The notes under the pieces were generated by a model. It was given only the letters and a program-made list of their open reading frames with translations. It was not told where the DNA came from and searched no databases. A stretch of DNA of 64,000 nucleotides from Schizochytrium sp. TIO01. Taxonomy: Eukaryota; Protista; Bigyra: Labyrinthulomycetes. The stretch is from contig SMSO01000004.1 in NCBI GenBank assembly GCA_004764695.1, positions 1,736,001 to 1,800,000 of the forward strand, read 5' to 3'. Shown piece by piece: positions 58,309 through 64,000 of the stretch (positions are counted from its first letter, which is position 1; each line of letters opens with the position of its first letter). Made by a program: the position numbers and the translations under genes.

Positions 58309-60954
58309 TTACAGAGTATCTACAGAGTTATTCGACTCATTGCTCGATACTTGTTTCGCTGCACTCAGAGCTTTGCCAAGCGATTTGATGATGTCAAGAT
58401 CTGAGGTATGTGCTTTGGCGATCTCGACTTCACATCTTGCCTTGATTTCCAATAGTTTCTGCACTGCGCTTGGGTCAATTTTTGCAAGTTGATCGATTGC
58501 ACGTTGACAGCATTCTGCGCAATGTTTCCAGCGAGCCTGATCTTGGAGACATGTACAGAGACGTGTCCAGCCTTTACTATATGTTGCGTCCGCTGCCACA
58601 GCTGCTTCAGAGTCTTGGGTAGCGTATTTAAAATCACGAATGCTCTGGTAACACGCTGCTCGATTACTGTAAAGAATAGACAGTGTACGGTTGTCTGAAG
58701 GCTTGGAGGAAAGACTCTCCAACGCTCGCAATGAATTCGTATAGGCTACAATTGCGCCAGTGAAATCCCGGGCGGTGAATAAATCCCTTCCTAGGTCCTT
58801 AAACTTTTGCATCTCACGTTGCAGCTGAAGTTGACACTCCAGTAGTTGCTGGTCAGTCATTTTTTGCTCCTTCATACGGCGAGATGCTTCTTCATAGCGA
58901 CCAGTTTCGATGAGAATCTCACACATACCACTGGTGGCTTCCGCGATGAGCCCGGCTACCTTGCAGAACTCTGCCATTTCACTACCTCGCTCCAAATCAG
59001 CATAAGCTCCCTGCAGGTCACCTGTGCATGACTTAATGTGGCCACGGCGAGTCAGGAGACGGCCAAGAGTAAATGCATCTGAATCAGTATGATCTTTCAC
59101 AAGTTCATCAAGGCACGATATAGCATCTTTGAATTTGCCAGACAGTACCATATCCAAAGCCTCCTTTTCTCGACCTGTTATAACCATGGCCTGCTGCATA
59201 GGCTGCAATGATGGGAGAGACGATTCATCACTAGCCGGCTGAAACATATCTAGGTTCTCCTGCTTGAATGATGTCCTTGACCCACCCCCTTGATTCATTT
59301 GACTGGCTTGAATAGAAAAGCTTGCAACTTTTTCAGTTGCAACGGTTTCTTCTAATCGACCTTCATTTGTACTACTAGTGCTGTTCTCACAATCCTCTTT
59401 CGAGCTCAATGATATATTAACAGCGCAGTATTTCTCTTCCAAATTTGCTGCTTCAAGCTTAGTTTCATGTGAAGAAGTCTTGTCAATACCTTCGCCACTA
59501 TAGGAACAAACTTCCTCGGAAAGATGGGCTCGAATTCCAACCGGTAAGTTTGAGGAAAGAACTTGCTCCCAAAGGTTTCCTGTTTCAATTGCTACTTGTA
59601 AGTTAATAGAGGCCTCGTCAACTTCATTCTCGCTGTTGCAACTGTCTTCCTTTGCTTCTTCTTCGCTAAAATTTCGTTGGTGATAATGATTCGGAGTATT
59701 TTCCTCAGAGTTCTCAGTCATTATAGGTTCATTTTTCTTCATATGCTCCAAGTCTCTCGAAACTGCCATCTGGACGTCGTTCATGATATTGTCTTCTTTT
59801 GTGGCTTGGCTGTGAGCTATGAAGCTGATTTTAACAAGCGTTAAAATATCTAGTGTTGTCACAACTATATCTTCATCATCCTTCACTGGGAGGTGCCTAA
59901 AGCCCCGCTCAATCATCATACGGAGACCATCGTAAGGGTTGATTTCTGCTTTTACAGAAATTGGGTTTCTTGTCATCACAGCTGCGACCTGGACATCTTT
60001 ACTCACTAGAGACTGGAGCAAAACTTTTCGAACAAGATCTGACTCGGTGAGGATACCCACAAGCTTGTGGGTTTGCGCGCTCATCACTAGAAGGCTTGAA
60101 AACCCTCCATCGCGCATCCGTTTCGCAGCTTCGACAACATCAATATCTTCTGGTACTTGGTCTGCTGAGAATCCAAGGCTCCCCAAGGGTAGTGGCAATG
60201 AAAGAGATCCTGCAACTAATAAAGACGCTTTCTCCTGCCGAATAGTACGAAGCACTCTTACGAGCTTGCCAGCAGGAAATGAAAGAGCATGAGCTAACCC
60301 GGATGCTTTCCCGGATGCAATTGCGCTCACAATATCTACACATCCAGCATACGTCCGTGTATCCCGCGTAATAAATGGCACATGGCGAAAGTTGCGCGTG
60401 GCCATGAGACGCAAAGACCGCTCAAAATGCTCACTAAGATTTTCACTGTCTAAAGTAAGACACGCTGGCTGTGATGTCATGATGGTTGAGAGGTCAGCCG
60501 TAAGGTTGATTTCGTCTGCAATAATTTTGCGAACGAAATCTTGTTCAGTAACAATACCTCGCACTGTCTGATCAGCATTGAGAATCACTACGCAGCTTTG
60601 CTTTTCTTCACAAAGAAGCTTCACTGCACTTGCAATACTCTTGCCAACTTGGCCCTCCTCGTCAGCAATAATCACAGAAGCTGCGCTCACAAGGTAGTGG
60701 TCGTCGCTGCATACGTCATGAAGACCAGCATCTACATTATCATTCGTATTGTCAACCACTTCTGCATCAGACTGGTTTTTCTTCTTCGAGCGCATTCGTG
60801 TCCCAAACATCGATTTCGTCGCTCCTTTCCTCTGTGCGTTCGATTTTGTCTGAATATTTTCGAAATCAACTTCTTCTTGTTCGATCTCAGACCCTTTCTT
60901 TGGCAGCATGTGACGCGATGCTCGGGTCCGTGGCTTACTCGACCTAGTACCCAT
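58309..60954 (-). CDS. Protein with four CBS domains and a C-terminal TPR array
   Basis: CBS pairs GIVTEQDFVRK..IMTSQP..FRHVP and GILTESDLVRK..VMTRNP..GFRHLPV. TPRs KDLGRDLF..AIVAYT, LYSNRAACY..ATQDSEAA, YSKGWTR. First ATG at 60954 (the ORF-track start at 61002 is GTG). Confidence 0.9.
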   Translation of the reverse strand: MGTRSSKPRTRASRHMLPKKGSEIEQEEVDFENIQTKSNAQRKGATKSMFGTRMRSKKKNQSDAEVVDNTNDNVDAGLHDVCSDDHYLVSAASVIIADEEGQVGKSIASAVKLLCEEKQSCVVILNADQTVRGIVTEQDFVRKIIADEINLTADLSTIMTSQPACLTLDSENLSEHFERSLRLMATRNFRHVPFITRDTRTYAGCVDIVSAIASGKASGLAHALSFPAGKLVRVLRTIRQEKASLLVAGSLSLPLPLGSLGFSADQVPEDIDVVEAAKRMRDGGFSSLLVMSAQTHKLVGILTESDLVRKVLLQSLVSKDVQVAAVMTRNPISVKAEINPYDGLRMMIERGFRHLPVKDDEDIVVTTLDILTLVKISFIAHSQATKEDNIMNDVQMAVSRDLEHMKKNEPIMTENSEENTPNHYHQRNFSEEEAKEDSCNSENEVDEASINLQVAIETGNLWEQVLSSNLPVGIRAHLSEEVCSYSGEGIDKTSSHETKLEAANLEEKYCAVNISLSSKEDCENSTSSTNEGRLEETVATEKVASFSIQASQMNQGGGSRTSFKQENLDMFQPASDESSLPSLQPMQQAMVITGREKEALDMVLSGKFKDAISCLDELVKDHTDSDAFTLGRLLTRRGHIKSCTGDLQGAYADLERGSEMAEFCKVAGLIAEATSGMCEILIETGRYEEASRRMKEQKMTDQQLLECQLQLQREMQKFKDLGRDLFTARDFTGAIVAYTNSLRALESLSSKPSDNRTLSILYSNRAACYQSIRDFKYATQDSEAAVAADATYSKGWTRLCTCLQDQARWKHCAECCQRAIDQLAKIDPSAVQKLLEIKARCEVEIAKAHTSDLDIIKSLGKALSAAKQVSSNESNNSVDTL

Positions 60955-61637
60955 CCTTTCCAGATGTGCCTCAGAATCACCTTGTATTAAAATTCGTTCC
61001 ACACCAATACGAGGAAAGGTCCAAGCTCTTGAACGAACTAATGAGAATTGCTAATTTGTCTTGTGTAGTAATGCCGCTTCGATGCTCTTCCCGAACACGC
61101 CCCAACTACGATGTCAAGCAAGTATTGAATACTGTGCGTCAAGCCCTGCTGCTTAACTGACTTCTACTTTTCCCTTAGGTTCACGAAACAGCACAAGCGC
61201 AATGTTTACGTTCACTTTGCCCCTCCGAGCCAGAGCCCAAGTCTTAACTGTCTTCACAACGATATCCTCTACACTCTGGTATTCCCTGTTTCGCACCGCA
61301 GCTCAGTGTACTAAGCCTTGTTAACAATACCTGATTGACGTCGTCAATCTCGAGAAGCTTTTCGCAGAATGAAACTTAACAACACGAAAGACACGAACCT
61401 TGGAAACCAGAGTTACAATGCATTCCGATAATCCGTTACGATCAACCAGAAACGTCCACGTTACGAAACCCCTTTAGAATGAGAATGCGGGGAATAAGAT
61501 AGGTCATTTAACTCAACTACCGTGAAATAGACCGGCGGTGGTTAGGAGAGGAAATAGGAAGGAATGGGATACAACATTCAAGAAGAGTGGAAACCAAACT
61601 TGGAGAGAAGGCAGCAAAACCTCATCGGCGACTGACG

Positions 61638-61655
61638 GCGCGAAGACTTTCGCGC
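61638..61655. promoter_or_regulatory. Inverted pair of E2F-like sites upstream of RPA2
   Basis: GCGCGAA-GACT-TTCGCGC palindrome containing TTTCGCGC (E2F consensus TTTSSCGC), about 250 nt before the RPA2 ATG. Confidence 0.5.
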
Positions 61656-61906
61656 GGACGTCGGGAGCGTGTTGATTGACGCTTACAACAGCTGCTGCTG
61701 TTGGCAGTGTCGAGTTTGAGCCTCTTTGGCTGGATTTTTGAGTAGGGCTGGCTTACTGTTGATCGCGACCAAGGCTCCGGAACGCGTTAACGACGACAAC
61801 AAAAGCAAAGACCAGATTTGATCTTTGCGAACAAATTCCAGCATCAAATTGTTTAGTGCACAGATTGAATACCTCGCTATTTGCAGATTAATTTTTGTCA
61901 ACAAAG

Positions 61907-62890
61907 ATGAGCTACGGAGATTATGGAAATGATGATGGCGGCTATGGCGGAGATGGCGGCTATGGCGGCTATGGTGGCAACGGCGGAGATGGCGGCTACG
62001 GCGGCTATGGCGGCTACGATGGTGCCGGAAACGATGGTGGCTTTATGAATGATGGGAACGATGCTAGCCAAGGTTCACCTTCCTCAAAGCGGAGTAAAAT
62101 TGAGTACCTAGTTCCCGTTACGATTCGTCAAATGATCGAGGCTGTAGAGGTGCCTGAGTCAGGTTTTTCGATTGATGGTAGGCCCGTGAACAAGATCTGC
62201 TGTGTTGGTAAGGTTATGATGTACGTCAAGAAGCAATCAAACTTCGAGGTAGAAATTGAAGACTCCACTGGCAACTTTCGTGCGCAAAAGTGGTTTACTG
62301 GTACCGGCGAAGAGGTAGCTGAGTACCCCGTAGGTTCCATGGTCATGATCCATGGTAACTTGCGCTCATTTGGAGGCAAGCGCAATCTGAGCGCGTTTTC
62401 TGTGCGACTTATTGAGGACTACAACATTCTGACACACCACTTTCTCGAAGCCATGCTCACACACCTTCAGGTTACTCAGGGACCTGTGAACAAGGCCTTA
62501 CGCAACGCTGTTGCTGGAGGCGCCATGATGCAACAGCAGAACCCTGCAGATAACTATGGTTCATCACACAGCGGCATGGACTCCTCCTATGGACAGTCTG
62601 GCCTTGACCCATCAATGAATATGGGCCAATCTTTGACTAGTGCTAATGTCAATGCCGGCCAGGGTGACGGTGGTGACCTGCCTGCGCAAGCCCTCCGCGT
62701 CTTCAATACGCCGGAGGCCGCTGAACTTGAGGAAGGCTACACTCCAGAACAAGTGTTGCAGATCATGCAGGGTCAAGGCTCCAGTGTGAACATCCAGCAG
62801 ATTATCAATGCCATCTCTGTGCTTACGAACGAGGGTCACCTCTATTCTACCATCGATGACAACCACTACAAGTCAACTGGTGAGGGCTAG
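61907..62890 (+). CDS. RPA2: Replication protein A 32-kDa subunit
   Basis: Gly-rich N-terminus ending GGFM..SQGSP. OB fold LVPVTIRQM..IEDSTG..W..HGNLRSFGGKR..DYNILTHHFLE. C-terminal winged helix LTNEGHLYSTIDDNHYKST. Confidence 0.96.
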   Translation: MSYGDYGNDDGGYGGDGGYGGYGGNGGDGGYGGYGGYDGAGNDGGFMNDGNDASQGSPSSKRSKIEYLVPVTIRQMIEAVEVPESGFSIDGRPVNKICCVGKVMMYVKKQSNFEVEIEDSTGNFRAQKWFTGTGEEVAEYPVGSMVMIHGNLRSFGGKRNLSAFSVRLIEDYNILTHHFLEAMLTHLQVTQGPVNKALRNAVAGGAMMQQQNPADNYGSSHSGMDSSYGQSGLDPSMNMGQSLTSANVNAGQGDGGDLPAQALRVFNTPEAAELEEGYTPEQVLQIMQGQGSSVNIQQIINAISVLTNEGHLYSTIDDNHYKSTGEG

Positions 62891-63516
62891 AAGACAATTA
62901 CCTCTTGATGTCCCCAAAAATGTTTGCCAGCCAAACATTGCTCTACCTAGGTTGTGATTCTTCCCATACCTCTTGTCCCTTATACGAACCCCGTCAAATC
63001 ATTCCCTTACGCGCGGCAGCTGCATGTGGATGAGAAGACAGAATATAGGTGCGGATACACCTCCAAAGTAGCGACGGGCCAAAATTAAGATTATTGTTTC
63101 TCACTTACTCTTCTCACTTGCATTTGCAGAAGCATTAACAACAACATTAACCAGAGGTTCTTGTAACAGAATACGCTGCAAACAACTATATCGACTCGCA
63201 TCAAGCAACACCATGAGCAGCAAAATAACACCACTACCTACATAAAAATAACTACTTCAACAGAAATATTTTTGTTTGATCAATTACATGCTATACACCC
63301 ACACCTAAAAAGTTGGACGAAATTTTATGTCTCAACAAAAACTCAGTTGGTTTATATAAATAATCCACACATAGGATCGCATCTCCGGTTCAGGAATGAC
63401 TATTATCTACTGTCTGCAATGGCACAAGTTACTGTTTTAAGCCAACCTGTTCTTCCTCTCTATCAATCTAAATGTGGTTGCCCCGTGAACGAGGTTAGAT
63501 CACTTACACTTCATCC

Positions 63517-64000
63517 TCATTTGCGTTTCGAAGCTGCTGTGGAAAACCCAAAGGGTCTTGTTGGGGTAGCTCCTGTGCTCGGAGTAGGCGCACTAGTTCT
63601 CCTAATACACTCTGCTCTCTCATGAAGCTCACGGTCCTCTTCGCGTATTTCTTCCCCACAACCTAATGAGCACAAGACAATGCGTTTAGGACACTCACGT
63701 CGCTCGTGCCGCTTTAATTTCTCCGCCGGCATCGTAGCGTTACATCCGAGACCACACCATGCAATGCGTTTTCGGCATTCATATTTTTCGTGTGTCTCTA
63801 ATTCATCAAACGGCATCATTTTTGGACACCCAACACGACAACATACCAGTCGTTTGGTGCAAGAATAACGTTTGTGGTGATCTAGTAGCGCGAGTGGAAC
63901 TTTTTCACCACATCCTGAACCACAGGCAACAAGTCTCCGGTCACACTCTTCCTCTAGGTGATATTGAAGGTGCTTTTGCCTAAGACGATCATCAAGACCG
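63517..64000 (-). CDS. 3' end of a TRAF-type zinc-finger repeat protein (partial, runs off the window)
   Basis: Open frame from the window edge with repeated HxxxxCxxRxVxCxxGC units (HLEEECDRRLVACGSGC, HKRYSCTKRLVCCRVGC, HEKYECRKRIAWCGLGC, HERRECPKRIVLCSLGC). Confidence 0.9.
   Translation of the reverse strand, partial: GLDDRLRQKHLQYHLEEECDRRLVACGSGCGEKVPLALLDHHKRYSCTKRLVCCRVGCPKMMPFDELETHEKYECRKRIAWCGLGCNATMPAEKLKRHERRECPKRIVLCSLGCGEEIREEDRELHERAECIRRTSAPTPSTGATPTRPFGFSTAASKRK

Overview
Eukaryotic nuclear DNA, shown by GT-AG introns, long compound tetranucleotide microsatellites and no operons. The split nad11, the intron-poor genes and the repeat style suggest a stramenopile, most likely a thraustochytrid such as Aurantiochytrium or Schizochytrium (inference). 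The window has three parts. (1) 0.2-13.7 kb: an Ig/PKD multi-pass surface protein, an unknown gene split over two frames, a nucleus-encoded C-terminal half of complex I Nad11/NDUFS1 with a mitochondrial presequence, and a SAM methyltransferase. (2) About 14-47 kb: a gene-poor tract of decayed coding remnants, microsatellites and GC-rich islands, holding one intact Q/S-rich orphan gene (41.6-43.8 kb). At about 44.9-45.4 kb it also holds a decayed Fanzor2/TnpB-like RNA-guided nuclease remnant followed directly by four tandem hairpins, a candidate omegaRNA scaffold. (3) 48-64 kb: a compact housekeeping cluster of Sec14-PH-PH, NAA30, YOP1/REEP, a PsuG-PsuK fusion, CBS4-TPR, RPA2 and the 3' end of a TRAF zinc-finger gene. 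The Fanzor-plus-omegaRNA fossil and the split nad11 are the most notable observations. All family calls are motif recognition by eye; no searches were run.
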